Positions 7,983 to 16,743 of a DNA stretch of 52,545 nt are shown piece after piece. The stretch is from Rickettsiaceae bacterium 4572_127 (GTDB taxonomy: Bacteria; Pseudomonadota; Alphaproteobacteria; Rs-D84; NBLK01): the NCBI GenBank assembly GCA_002084505.1, contig NBLK01000002.1, forward strand, positions 1-52,545, read 5' to 3'. Each line of letters starts with the position of its first letter. Position 1 is the first letter of the stretch. The translations under genes and the position numbers were made by a program. The notes under the pieces were generated by a model. The model ran no database searches. It was not told the origin of the DNA and saw only the letters and a program-made list of their open reading frames with translations.

Positions 7983-8900
7983 TTATTTTTGTGGAATTTT
8001 AAATTTTTGTTTTGGATATATTAAATCAGGATTACGAATTTGAGATTTATTCGCTCTAAAAATCAAAACATAATCTATCCCCCTTCCTAATTTTCTCTTA
8101 GCAATTCTCCATAAACAATCACCTTTTTTCACAACATAAAGAGATTCTGTTCCTTTATAAATTTCAGTTGAAAATTGGTTTTCTGTTCTAGCAACAACCT
8201 TTCCTGCTTGGTCTATTAAATCAACTCTAATTGTATAATTCCTATCTTTAATGAGTCTTTTTTCCGTTTCAAAACTCCACCAACCAGCATTGTCGACATC
8301 TGCTTTTCCTAATAACTTATCATTTAAATACATATTAACTGAATGATCTTTTATACCATAACCACTCATGTTAAATTTTTTCTTCAAGTCATATTCTACA
8401 AGTGTTATCCCAACCTTACCTGCTCCCTTTTCTTTTTTTGGAGCATTTATCAATTTAGCTTTATCGTTTCCAATTAAAACCGCTACCGACTCATTACTTT
8501 TTTTATCGATAGTCAAAATTGCTTTATGCGGACTCATTATTTTTTGCTCCTTATCCATAACAAACAAATACATTTCATAAGTTCCTGCTGTAAATTTTTT
8601 CTCAGGCAGAAACACAAATTCCCCCCTTGAATCTGTATGTTCAGTTCCAATTTCTTTATCTCCTGAAACAATATGTACTTTTATATCAGCATCAGCACGA
8701 CCAACTATAATGCCTTTACCTTTTTCTACTCGAACTGTATCAAATGTAGGACGAGTTAGCGAAGATATTTCATCGCTTGATTTTTCAGAACCTGAGAAAG
8801 CCCAAACTAAAAGCCCAACAATTACTAATAAAATAGCAATGACTAAGCCTCTTTTGAAAGGAGATTTTCTGTTTTCTTGATTTGTATTATTTTCATTCAT
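7983..8900 (-). CDS. LysM domain-containing periplasmic/membrane-anchored protein
   Basis: 305 aa with an N-terminal TM anchor and a C-terminal LysM motif (YVVKKGDCLWRIAKRKLGRGIDYVLIFRANKSQIRNPDLIYPKQKFKIP). Confidence 0.75.
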   Translation of the reverse strand: MNENNTNQENRKSPFKRGLVIAILLVIVGLLVWAFSGSEKSSDEISSLTRPTFDTVRVEKGKGIIVGRADADIKVHIVSGDKEIGTEHTDSRGEFVFLPEKKFTAGTYEMYLFVMDKEQKIMSPHKAILTIDKKSNESVAVLIGNDKAKLINAPKKEKGAGKVGITLVEYDLKKKFNMSGYGIKDHSVNMYLNDKLLGKADVDNAGWWSFETEKRLIKDRNYTIRVDLIDQAGKVVARTENQFSTEIYKGTESLYVVKKGDCLWRIAKRKLGRGIDYVLIFRANKSQIRNPDLIYPKQKFKIPQK

Positions 8901-8944
8901 AAGAATCCTTTTTTTATTTTAAAGCTGTAGCTCTTTCAACTCTT

Positions 8945-9087
8945 GGTGATTGCTTTTTGCACGCATTATGCATAATTTCCTTTACTTGCAATGACCCTAA
9001 ACGGTCGGTTGTCTATAAATCATATTCCCCGAATATAATTTATGGCGACAATTTGCTCGGAAATTAAGCCGATTCGTTTGAAAATAA
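8945..9087 (-). repeat. half-copy (R1-type) of the composite repeat, inverted relative to 11087-11252
   Basis: The reverse complement matches 11087-11252 with 2 substitutions plus a 23-bp tandem duplication present only in the right copy. Contains the 12-bp palindrome attatgcataat. Confidence 0.85.
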
Positions 9088-9127
9088 TAGTATAGAGAAA
9101 GTATTTTTTTTGTCAATATGAAAGATT

Positions 9128-9547
9128 CTAACCGTTGGAAATTATTTGAAATTTCTTTTTCCATGATTCGGGAACACGAGAAGGTTTAAATTTTTCATGA
9201 TTTATATAAACTAAAACAATCTCAACCTTAGACATTCTTTTTTCATTTTTTATAAAACTGTGCCGAAAAGTTAGAGAAGAATTTCCTATTTTTATGATCT
9301 CTGTTTCTATTTTAATTTCGTCATACAACTTTATAGGAGCGAGATATTCAGCAGAAATTTTTCTAGCTACAAAAATTCCATCATTTTTCATATCGTTTTT
9401 TAGCAAATACCAAAGCCCTACCCTTGCTCGCTCAGCCCAAGTTACGTAATTTCCATGATACATTACTCCACCGGCATCAGTATCTTTGTATGCCACACGA
9501 AAAAATAAAATATGTTTTTTATTTTTTAATTCGCCGTCTATATTCAT
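9128..9547 (-). CDS. ybgC: acyl-CoA thioesterase, YbgC/4HBT family
   Basis: 139 aa hot-dog fold pattern (RVAYKDTDAGGVMYHGNYVTWAERARV). Confidence 0.75.
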   Translation of the reverse strand: MNIDGELKNKKHILFFRVAYKDTDAGGVMYHGNYVTWAERARVGLWYLLKNDMKNDGIFVARKISAEYLAPIKLYDEIKIETEIIKIGNSSLTFRHSFIKNEKRMSKVEIVLVYINHEKFKPSRVPESWKKKFQIISNG

Positions 9548-9900
9548 TATAGTATTTCTTTTTTTAAAGTTTTTAGATCAACCAAAATTGAAGAGAGTAG
9601 GGAGCTTAAATTAGAGTTATTTGAATTCACAATTGTTTTTTCCTCTGTTCTTTGTGTTGTGTTTTGTATATTTTTTTGACTTAGAATTTTCCTTGCCCCT
9701 TTTAAAGTGTAACCTTTTTTATAAAGCAAGTCTTTAATTTTATGTAGCAATTCAACATCTTTTTTGTGATAGTATCTTCGTCCGCCAGATCTTCTAACTG
9801 GATTTATGTTCTTAAAATTTTCTTCCCAAAATCTTAAAATATGAGAAGCTACATCGAGTTCTTTTGAAACTTCTCCAATAGACTTAAATAATTTTTCCAT
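9547..9900 (-). CDS. MerR family transcriptional regulator
   Basis: IGEVSKELDVASHILRFWEENF...RRSGGRRYYHKKDVELL is a typical MerR HTH. It lies directly downstream of ihfA, an arrangement I recall as common in alphaproteobacteria. Confidence 0.8.
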   Translation of the reverse strand: MEKLFKSIGEVSKELDVASHILRFWEENFKNINPVRRSGGRRYYHKKDVELLHKIKDLLYKKGYTLKGARKILSQKNIQNTTQRTEEKTIVNSNNSNLSSLLSSILVDLKTLKKEIL

Positions 9901-9901
9901 G

Positions 9902-10180
9902 TTAGTTTCCAGTTTTTAATTTAGTTGTTGGGCGAAAAAGAACCACATTTCTTTCTTTTATTTTAAATTTTTCTTGAGTCTTGGGATTCCGCCCCATCCT
10001 AGCTTTTTTATGACGAATTTCGAACGTTCCAAAGTCTAAAATTTTTACTTTTTTGTCCTTTGCCAATCCATCCTCAATGGCTTCAAAAACATTATTTACA
10101 AACTTTTCACTATCAGCAATTGATAACCCCACGTTCTCTGCTAAGTTTCTTGCTAAATTTTTTCTAGTAATAGTAGCCAT
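9902..10180 (-). CDS. ihfA: integration host factor subunit alpha
   Basis: 92 aa of the HU/IHF family (FGTFEIRHKKARMGRNPKTQEKFKIKERNVVLFRPTTKLK). The RxVVxFRP tail resembles IhfA more than IhfB. Confidence 0.8.
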   Translation of the reverse strand: MATITRKNLARNLAENVGLSIADSEKFVNNVFEAIEDGLAKDKKVKILDFGTFEIRHKKARMGRNPKTQEKFKIKERNVVLFRPTTKLKTGN

Positions 10181-10216
10181 GTAAAATCCTTTAAGTGTAA
10201 ATCTTTTTAATTAACT

Positions 10217-10406
10217 GTGATTGCTTTTCTTAAATTATACCAATTCGTTTGAAAATAACATATCAAAATATATCATCCAATACGCTTCGCACGAGTTTAT
10301 CTTGAAATCATTTGCCCCGCAAATAATTTCTTAACGATAAATCAACCACTCCCGTCGGTAAGATTCTCTTTTTTCTTTCATAACTTTAAGTTATGAAAGA
10401 GGTCTA
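10217..10406 (-). repeat. composite repeat copy (mini R1-type plus R2-type), inverted relative to 10925-11252
   Basis: The reverse complement of 10241-10406 aligns with 10925-11100. 10217-10259 (tgtgattgcttttc..aattcgtttgaaaataa) looks like an R1-type half with a large internal deletion. Ends in the hairpin ctttcataactttaagttatgaaag. Confidence 0.75.
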
Positions 10407-10488
10407 ATAAATCTTTTGCATTACAAAATTGTTCTGCTTTATATAAAATACAAAAAAAAAAATCATTTTTCAAGAACTTATTTTTTTC

Positions 10489-10517
10489 TTGCTTTGAGGC
10501 AGACAAATCCCTATATT
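10489..10517 (+). promoter_or_regulatory. sigma70-like promoter of the ArsR-like gene
   Basis: TTGCTT (10489-10494), a 17-nt spacer, then TATATT (10512-10517), about 55 nt upstream of ATG 10571. Confidence 0.45.
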
Positions 10518-10525
10518 ACAACAAA

Positions 10526-10547
10526 GGCTATAAAACTAGGTTTATAG
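10526..10547. promoter_or_regulatory. near-palindromic E motif, candidate operator
   Basis: ggCTATAAAACTAGGTTTATAG lies between the -10 box and the RBS of the ArsR-like gene. It is the reverse complement of the motif at 10871, 24141, 26524 and 28608. Confidence 0.4.
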
Positions 10548-10570
10548 TCAGTGAAAAAAAGGCGAAAAAA

Positions 10571-10855
10571 ATGAAAGCAACAACCATCAGTGTTTTTAAG
10601 GCTCTTGGGCATAAAAGAAGAGTTCAAATTCTAAAGAAAATAAGTTTTCGGCACCAAAAGAAAGAAAAAGCGACATTAGTTTTTTTATCAAACGAATTAG
10701 GAATTCCGAGAGAAAGCACAAGATTTCATTTAGAAGAATTGATAAAAGCTAAATTAATAAAAAAAGAAAAAAGAAAAGGAGGGTATGTTTATATTTCTTT
10801 TGAAAGGCATTTAATTTTAGATGCCAAAATTGCCCTTGGAGAATTTTTGCAATAG
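10571..10855 (+). CDS. ArsR/SmtB-like winged-helix transcriptional regulator
   Basis: 94 aa. VFKALGHKRRVQILKKI resembles the ArsR N-terminal helix, and LSNELGIPRESTRFHLEELIKAKLI is an HTH. Basic wing (KEKRKGGYVY). Confidence 0.65.
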   Translation: MKATTISVFKALGHKRRVQILKKISFRHQKKEKATLVFLSNELGIPRESTRFHLEELIKAKLIKKEKRKGGYVYISFERHLILDAKIALGEFLQ

Positions 10856-10870
10856 AAATAATTAATCATA

Positions 10871-10892
10871 CCTATAAACCTAGTTTTATGGC
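10871..10892. repeat. E motif copy just after the ArsR-like stop codon
   Basis: cCTATAAACCTAGTTTTATGgc, inverted relative to the copy at 10526-10547. Confidence 0.7.
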
Positions 10893-10924
10893 ATTTGTAG
10901 AAACCGCTGAAAAAATGAACACAA

Positions 10925-11252
10925 TAGACCTCTTTCGTAACTGAAAGTTATGAAAGAAAAGAAGAGAATTTCGCAAAGTGGAGTGGTTGATTTATCGTTA
11001 AGAAATTATTTGTGGGGCAAATGATTTCAAGATAAACTCGTGCGAAGCGAATTGATCGTATTGAAAAAATGACATATTTTGATATGTTATTTTCAAACGA
11101 ATCGGCTTAATTTCCGAGCAAATTGTCGCCATAAATTATATTCGGGGAATATGATTTATTATATTCGGGGAATATGATTTATAGACAACCGACCGTTTAG
11201 GGTCATTGCAAGTGAAGGAAGTTATGCATAATGCGTGCAAAAAGCAATCACC
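10925..11252 (+). repeat. full-length composite repeat (R2 + R1), MITE-like
   Basis: Contiguous about 330 bp. Its left part is the inverse of 10241-10406 and its right part the inverse of 8945-9087. Carries a 23-bp tandem duplication (attatattcggggaatatgattt x2). No ORF. Confidence 0.85.
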
Positions 11253-11363
11253 ATTAGTTATGAAAGAACCCTAATGTCTTTTTGATAGGGTTCCTATATT
11301 TTTGCTTGTAAAAAATCATTTTGATTGTTATTATCGAATTTACACAAATTAAAAGGAGGTCGT

Positions 11364-12005
11364 ATGAAAAAAGATGCAGAGCAAAACGCTTTAATCAAAG
11401 AAGTTTGGGACGGAGTTCGCGAACAAAAAGTTACTAATTTTCTAAAAGCATATTGGAAATTATTGCTCACGGGATTTATTGTTTTTTTATTAACTTTAAG
11501 TGGAATTCAGTTTTACAAAAATAATAAAATCTCTTCTCAGCTAAAAGAAACTGCTCTTTTTGAAAAAGTTTTAACTAAGTCGTCTTTGGGGGAATCTGAG
11601 CGTGATGCTATTCTACAAACTATAATTTCTACTAGTGACTATGGGTATCAAGGGATTTCAGCTTTAATGCTTGCTGACAAAAACTTAAAGACAGGAAACA
11701 CTAAAAAAGCAATTGAAGTTTTAGAAAATAGCTCTATTAAAAATCCAGAATTACAGAATCTAATTTTAATAAAATTAGCAACGATAAAATCAGAAAAAAT
11801 GACCTTTGAAGAGCTAGAAAAAATGCTAAAACCTATAAAAAAAGGAAAGGCTTTTTATTCAACTGCGAATCTTTTATTGGCTTTCAAAGCTTTGGATAGA
11901 GGAAAAAATGAAATTGCTAAGGATCTTTTTTCGAAATTAGAAAATGATTTGAACACACCTTTTTCTATAAAAACATTAGCAAGTGAAATGAAAAATGCCT
12001 TATAA
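11364..12005 (+). CDS. YfgM-like membrane-anchored TPR-like protein
   Basis: Start moved to ATG 11364 (AAGGAGG 5 nt upstream). One TM segment (LLLTGFIVFLLTL) and a helical body. Sits directly upstream of bamB, as yfgM-yfgL does in other proteobacteria. Confidence 0.55.
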   Translation: MKKDAEQNALIKEVWDGVREQKVTNFLKAYWKLLLTGFIVFLLTLSGIQFYKNNKISSQLKETALFEKVLTKSSLGESERDAILQTIISTSDYGYQGISALMLADKNLKTGNTKKAIEVLENSSIKNPELQNLILIKLATIKSEKMTFEELEKMLKPIKKGKAFYSTANLLLAFKALDRGKNEIAKDLFSKLENDLNTPFSIKTLASEMKNAL

Positions 12006-13242
12006 ATTTTTAGTATTTTGTTGTTGTTTTTTATTTCTCACCGCCTGCTCCACTGATGAAAAGATTATCTTAGAGGGCGATAGAGAAACTGTTTTTGAGA
12101 CTAAAAAAGAGACTAAAAAACAAAAGCAAATTATAATTAAAAATTCAATTTTAGCAAAAAATTATCCACAAAAAGGATATAATTCTTCTCATATTTTTCC
12201 ATCAATAAAAGTTGATTTTGAAGATCTTGAAAGCGATGAAATTCTCAGCTCTTTTCCCATGTCTAATCCTCCTGTGATTTCAGAAAACAAACTTTTCGCG
12301 CAGAGTAAAAATGGAATTGTGAAAGCTGTAAATTTAGAAAATACCGAAACAATTTGGGAGTTTACAGAACTAGCAAAAGCCAGCTTAAAAAACTCAGGTG
12401 GGCTTGCTATTTCTGATAAAATTTTATTTGCCACTTTCGGAAATGGAGAAATAATAGCATTTGATTATGATGATGGAAAAATCCTTTGGAGAACAAAAAC
12501 TAAGTCGGCGATTTATGGTTCTCCTACATTAGCAAATGGAAAGATTTTTATCCAAACAAAAGACAATGTAATTTCAATTTATAGCCAAAAGGACGGGAAA
12601 TTAGTTGATTCTCAGTTACAGAATCTAAAAAACAAACACCCTCTTTTGAAAGGAAATAGCGTTGCAATTAAAGACAATTTTGCAGTAGCGGGAACTACAA
12701 CTGGAAATATAATTTTCTTCAAAACTAGTGGGGAAATTTATAGAAAACAAAAACTTTATGAAAATTCTTCTCGTCGGAAAGCGGGAGTGATTCGTGACAT
12801 TGTTGCCCTGCCAGTTATAGAAAATAATACTGTTTTTGTTTCAGGAATGAACGGAACCGCAGGAGCTTACAATTTGCAAACAGGTGATAAAAAATGGGAG
12901 GTTCCTTACGGTGGAATGACCTCGCCTATCATAGTTGAGAATGCTGTTTTTATTTTTACTAGCGGTGGAAAGATCGTCGCTTTGGATAAAAATAATGGAG
13001 ATTTAATTTGGGAAAAAGAAGTAAATACTGAAGACGAAAAATATAATTTTCCACATATAATAAATAATAAAATTGTGTTTTTTGGAGACGATGAAAATGT
13101 TTTGCTATTAGATGTAAATAGTAAAAATGAGAATAAAATTGATATTGATTGTTCTGCTTTAATCTCCCCTGTTTTTGTGAATAACGAAATTTTCCTAGCA
13201 ACAAAAAACGGAAATTTAATTAGACTTAAAAAGGAACAATGA
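11995..13242 (+). CDS. bamB: outer membrane protein assembly factor BamB
   Basis: Lipobox LFLTAC, then repeated beta-propeller blades (G.I.A.D...GK..W motifs: GEIIAFDYDDGKILW, GTAGAYNLQTGDKKW, GKIVALDKNNGDLIW). Confidence 0.8.
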   Translation: MPYKFLVFCCCFLFLTACSTDEKIILEGDRETVFETKKETKKQKQIIIKNSILAKNYPQKGYNSSHIFPSIKVDFEDLESDEILSSFPMSNPPVISENKLFAQSKNGIVKAVNLENTETIWEFTELAKASLKNSGGLAISDKILFATFGNGEIIAFDYDDGKILWRTKTKSAIYGSPTLANGKIFIQTKDNVISIYSQKDGKLVDSQLQNLKNKHPLLKGNSVAIKDNFAVAGTTTGNIIFFKTSGEIYRKQKLYENSSRRKAGVIRDIVALPVIENNTVFVSGMNGTAGAYNLQTGDKKWEVPYGGMTSPIIVENAVFIFTSGGKIVALDKNNGDLIWEKEVNTEDEKYNFPHIINNKIVFFGDDENVLLLDVNSKNENKIDIDCSALISPVFVNNEIFLATKNGNLIRLKKEQ

Positions 13243-14015
13243 TGTTTATACAAAATAGACACAACCAAAAGATTTCAGTTCGTGTTATTGAAAATAAAAA
13301 ACAAAAAGGACTTGTTTTTATTGAACATGGATTAACTGGGTCAAAAGACCAACCTACCATAAAAGAAATTGAAAAAGCTTTTTTTGAAATTGAATGTACG
13401 GCAGTTTCTTTTGATGCTACTAATTCAATTGGAGAAAGCGATGGAGATGTTGAAAAAGTTACATTCACAAATCATTATTCAGACTTAGAAGATGTTATAG
13501 CATGGGGCAAATCTCAAAAATGGTATAGAGAACCTTTTGCGTTGTCTGGTCATAGTTTAGGCGGAATGGCGACAACTATTTTTTCTCAAAAAAATCCAAA
13601 TAAAGTAAATTTATTACTACCCATTAGCCCAGCAACATCAGGAAAACATTTAGAGCTTGCGAAAAAAAGCACCTCTGACAATTCTTTTTATGACGAGTGG
13701 AGAGCAAAAGGTTATTACGACAAGACATCTAAATTTAATGGCAAAAAAGTAAAAGTTCCTTTTGCTTTGCAATTAGATTTATATAAATATAGTGTTTTTG
13801 ACGAAATTGAAAATCTAAAATGTCCCACATATATTATTTCAGGAGATGCCGACACTACAACTCCAATCTCTTTTGTTAGAGAATTTTACGATGCAATTAA
13901 CTGCGAGAAAAAATTAGAAATTGTTGAAAACTTACCTCATACTTTTTATGACAAAGAGAATTTAGAAAATTTTGCAAAAGCATTGAGAAAAGTTCTTAAA
14001 AAGGATACAAAATGA
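13239..14015 (+). CDS. alpha/beta hydrolase
   Basis: Nucleophile elbow GHSLGG and an HG-like oxyanion region (IEHGLTGS). ATGA overlap with bamB. Confidence 0.7.
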   Translation: MMFIQNRHNQKISVRVIENKKQKGLVFIEHGLTGSKDQPTIKEIEKAFFEIECTAVSFDATNSIGESDGDVEKVTFTNHYSDLEDVIAWGKSQKWYREPFALSGHSLGGMATTIFSQKNPNKVNLLLPISPATSGKHLELAKKSTSDNSFYDEWRAKGYYDKTSKFNGKKVKVPFALQLDLYKYSVFDEIENLKCPTYIISGDADTTTPISFVREFYDAINCEKKLEIVENLPHTFYDKENLENFAKALRKVLKKDTK

Positions 14016-14461
14016 AAAGATTGTTATTAATTTTTAGTATATTTCTAGGAATTGGAAGCTATACCGCCCCTGCTGTCGCCTCAAAAGGAATGTTTTTGTG
14101 TGTGAAAGATACTAGCACTAAAATACGAAACAAAACAGAAAAAATGTTTCAAACTGTAGATAAGGTTTTCTATTTATTTAGAATTATAGCTGGACTTTTT
14201 TGCGGAGGATGGTTTATATTACTCTTAACTAAATCGGAATACCAACCAGCAACACCTTGGAAAAAATTTTACCAGTTGTTTTTTGTAGTGCTTGCTATTA
14301 TATTTCTATCAATAGTTATAAAAGTTTTTTCAGGTAAAAAATTAATTTCTAGCACCACTTACATCGATGTGCGAAGAAACGGAATTGCATTTGCTAAGTG
14401 CGATAAAGAATCAAAAGGGGCTATATTTGTTCCTGCTAGATATGTTAGAAAATTAAAGTAA
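14012..14461 (+). CDS. hypothetical membrane protein
   Basis: 149 aa with a signal/TM N-terminus and two further TM segments. 4-nt overlap with the hydrolase gene. Confidence 0.5.
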   Translation: MKRLLLIFSIFLGIGSYTAPAVASKGMFLCVKDTSTKIRNKTEKMFQTVDKVFYLFRIIAGLFCGGWFILLLTKSEYQPATPWKKFYQLFFVVLAIIFLSIVIKVFSGKKLISSTTYIDVRRNGIAFAKCDKESKGAIFVPARYVRKLK

Positions 14462-14480
14462 ACCTAAATAAGGAGAGAAA

Positions 14481-15446
14481 ATGAAACCAACATTAAACCG
14501 CTCAAAAGCTCGCTTAGAGTCTGCTCAGGCAGTTTTACTCGAAGAAGCTAGGGCTATTAAGGTTATGGCAAACGAACTTAGTGAAAAAACTCTTTTAGGG
14601 AAAAATTTTATTAAAGCTCTTCATTTAATTGAAAAAACTCAAAAAACAGGAAAAACTATTGTCTCTGGAATGGGAAAATGTGCTCATGTTGGAAAAAAAT
14701 TAGCTACTACAATGGCATCAACAGCAACACCTAGTATTTTTGTACACCCAGCCGAAGCATCTCACGGAGACTTAGGCTCTATTACGAAAAAAGATATAGT
14801 AATTATTTTTTCTAACAGTGGCGAAACACGAGAGCTTTTTGATCTATACGATTATTGCGATAAGCTTAAGATTCCTTATATTGGAATTACTCGTAATCCA
14901 AAAGGAAAACTTGCAAAAAGATCAACTATTCCATTAATTCTACCAGATATTCCTGAAGTATGTATGATTGGGAAAGCTCCCACAACTTCAACTATTATGA
15001 TGTCAGCATTAGGTGATGCTTTAACAGTGGTTGCCTCTCAACGTGCTGGGTTAACAAAAGAAAGCTATAAAGATTGGCACCCAGGCGGGAAACTCGGAGG
15101 TTCACTCACTAAGGTAAAAAGTCTAATAAGTAAAAAAAATAGTTTTCACATAATAAAAATCTCCGAGACAGTTGAATCTCTACGAAAAAAATACTTGAAA
15201 AAAAATGCTCCAATAGTTGTTGTAGAAAAATCAAAGGTAGTTGGAATAATTAATCCAGCAAATCTCTTGAAGAATGTACAAAATCTAGATAAAATTATAG
15301 AAAAGAAAATCGCTGTTCTAGATGAAGACGCTCCATTGTACGAACTTCATCCGCTTTTTATAAAACATGAAACTAATATGGTGATTATTATCAACAAAAA
15401 AGAAAAACCAAAGGGAATCGTATTCGCTCACGATTTATTAAAATAA
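14481..15446 (+). CDS. kdsD: arabinose-5-phosphate isomerase KdsD (SIS + CBS)
   Basis: GMGKCAHVGKKLATTMASTATPSIFVHPAEASHGDLG, SNSGETREL, and a C-terminal CBS-pair-like region. GGAG SD upstream. Confidence 0.8.
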   Translation: MKPTLNRSKARLESAQAVLLEEARAIKVMANELSEKTLLGKNFIKALHLIEKTQKTGKTIVSGMGKCAHVGKKLATTMASTATPSIFVHPAEASHGDLGSITKKDIVIIFSNSGETRELFDLYDYCDKLKIPYIGITRNPKGKLAKRSTIPLILPDIPEVCMIGKAPTTSTIMMSALGDALTVVASQRAGLTKESYKDWHPGGKLGGSLTKVKSLISKKNSFHIIKISETVESLRKKYLKKNAPIVVVEKSKVVGIINPANLLKNVQNLDKIIEKKIAVLDEDAPLYELHPLFIKHETNMVIIINKKEKPKGIVFAHDLLK

Positions 15447-15829
15447 TGAAACTACTGCCAGCAACTTTTGGGCGAATGTTCGCCATCCAAGAAATTTTAG
15501 TAATAACTGAGAACCAGAACAGCGAATCTTTGTCTAAAATTTTCAAAGATTCCTTTTCACATGACATGAAAGTTGATAATAACTTAAAGAATAAAATTTT
15601 GTTGCATTATAAAAAACACAAAGAAGAATTAGAAAAAACTTTTGAAAATTATGAAATAAAAAAAAGCTCAAATTTATTCAAAAGTTTTTTTTATTCTATG
15701 AAAATAGAATCTGAGTTCTTAAAAAAAGAAATTGCAATAATTTGGAGTGAGTATAAAAAACTTGCAGAGCTTTTTTTTCACGAAAAAGAAATAAATGCAT
15801 TGAAGGCAATATTAAACAATTCTTGCTAA
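15446..15829 (+). CDS. hypothetical protein
   Basis: 127 aa. TAATG overlap with kdsD. Its 3' end overlaps the convergent rimI by 18 nt. No motif recognised. Confidence 0.4.
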   Translation: MKLLPATFGRMFAIQEILVITENQNSESLSKIFKDSFSHDMKVDNNLKNKILLHYKKHKEELEKTFENYEIKKSSNLFKSFFYSMKIESEFLKKEIAIIWSEYKKLAELFFHEKEINALKAILNNSC

Positions 15830-16264
15830 AACAACGGCTGTTTCAACAGGGTTTTTATAATATCCATCTCTTTTGTTAATTTCTTGAAATCCATGTTTTT
15901 TATACAATTTTTTAGCATGTAAATTACTATCTCTAACTTCTAAAAATAGCTTTGTTTTTTCTTTTATTGAAGCCAATAATTGTATAATTAAAACATCAGC
16001 ATAGCCAGATCTTTGAAAAGCCGGCAGAGTTGCAATTCGTAGAATTTCTATCTCATCGTTAATTTTTTGAGCAAATAAAAAACCTATTGAAATTCCAGCA
16101 TTAGAAACCAAATAACCAAACCCACCAACATCAATCATAGACGAGAAATCCTCTACTTTCCAGCTTCCATTTGGAAAACAAATAGCATCAAGCCCAGCAA
16201 TAGCAAGCAAATCCTTAGAAAGTATTTTTTTCACAGAATGGTTTGGCATAGCAAGTCTCTCCAT
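15812..16264 (-). CDS. rimI: ribosomal-protein-alanine N-acetyltransferase RimI
   Basis: GNAT fold (IATLPAFQRSGYADVLI, AKKLYKKHGF) downstream of tsaB. Confidence 0.7.
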   Translation of the reverse strand: MERLAMPNHSVKKILSKDLLAIAGLDAICFPNGSWKVEDFSSMIDVGGFGYLVSNAGISIGFLFAQKINDEIEILRIATLPAFQRSGYADVLIIQLLASIKEKTKLFLEVRDSNLHAKKLYKKHGFQEINKRDGYYKNPVETAVVLARIV

Positions 16265-16293
16265 AAATTAACTTAACTTTTTCAATTGGTTTT

Positions 16294-16743
16294 TTAGATA
16301 TTGCTTTGTTCATTCTTTTTTTCATAATTTGCAAGCATTTTTTTTGTATCTATAAATGTAATTGCATTTTTATTAAAGTTCACTTTTCCATTTTTAATTG
16401 TAGCTACGAATGCGTCCCGTTTTGTCCTCGAATATGCAACTAAACAGTCATCATAACCTTCAAAAATCTCAAAAACACCGATGCCTTTTAATGGGATTTT
16501 TAATGAACGAGAGAGAGCCTTTGCGAATGCAAAACCTGAACGAAGTCCTGAAAACGATCCAGGTCCTGTAACGAATCCAATTTCGGTTATGTCTTTTTTT
16601 GAGCAGTTTGTTTTTACTAAAAGTTTTTTTATAGTTGGGAATAAAGTAGATGCAATTGGAAAAGAAACAACTTCTTTTTCTACTTTATTATTTACTAATG
16701 CAATCTCAAAAGGAACTATACAGGTTTGAATTATTAGTCTCAT
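16294..16743 (-). CDS. tsaB: tRNA t6A37 biosynthesis protein TsaB (short form)
   Basis: GPGSFSGLRSGFAFAKAL motif. At 149 aa it seems shorter than I would expect for TsaB. ATGA overlap with the murE stop. Confidence 0.7.
   Translation of the reverse strand: MRLIIQTCIVPFEIALVNNKVEKEVVSFPIASTLFPTIKKLLVKTNCSKKDITEIGFVTGPGSFSGLRSGFAFAKALSRSLKIPLKGIGVFEIFEGYDDCLVAYSRTKRDAFVATIKNGKVNFNKNAITFIDTKKMLANYEKKNEQSNI

Noticed and set aside
9071-10259. The idea that ybgC-merR-ihfA is a cassette inserted into a repeat with a 16-bp target-site duplication (attcgtttgaaaataa at 9072-9087 and 10244-10259).
   Set aside because: 10217-10259 is better explained as a second, internally deleted R1-type half joined to the R2-type half. 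The shared 16-mer is therefore just the internal junction sequence of the repeat family, not a duplication made by insertion.
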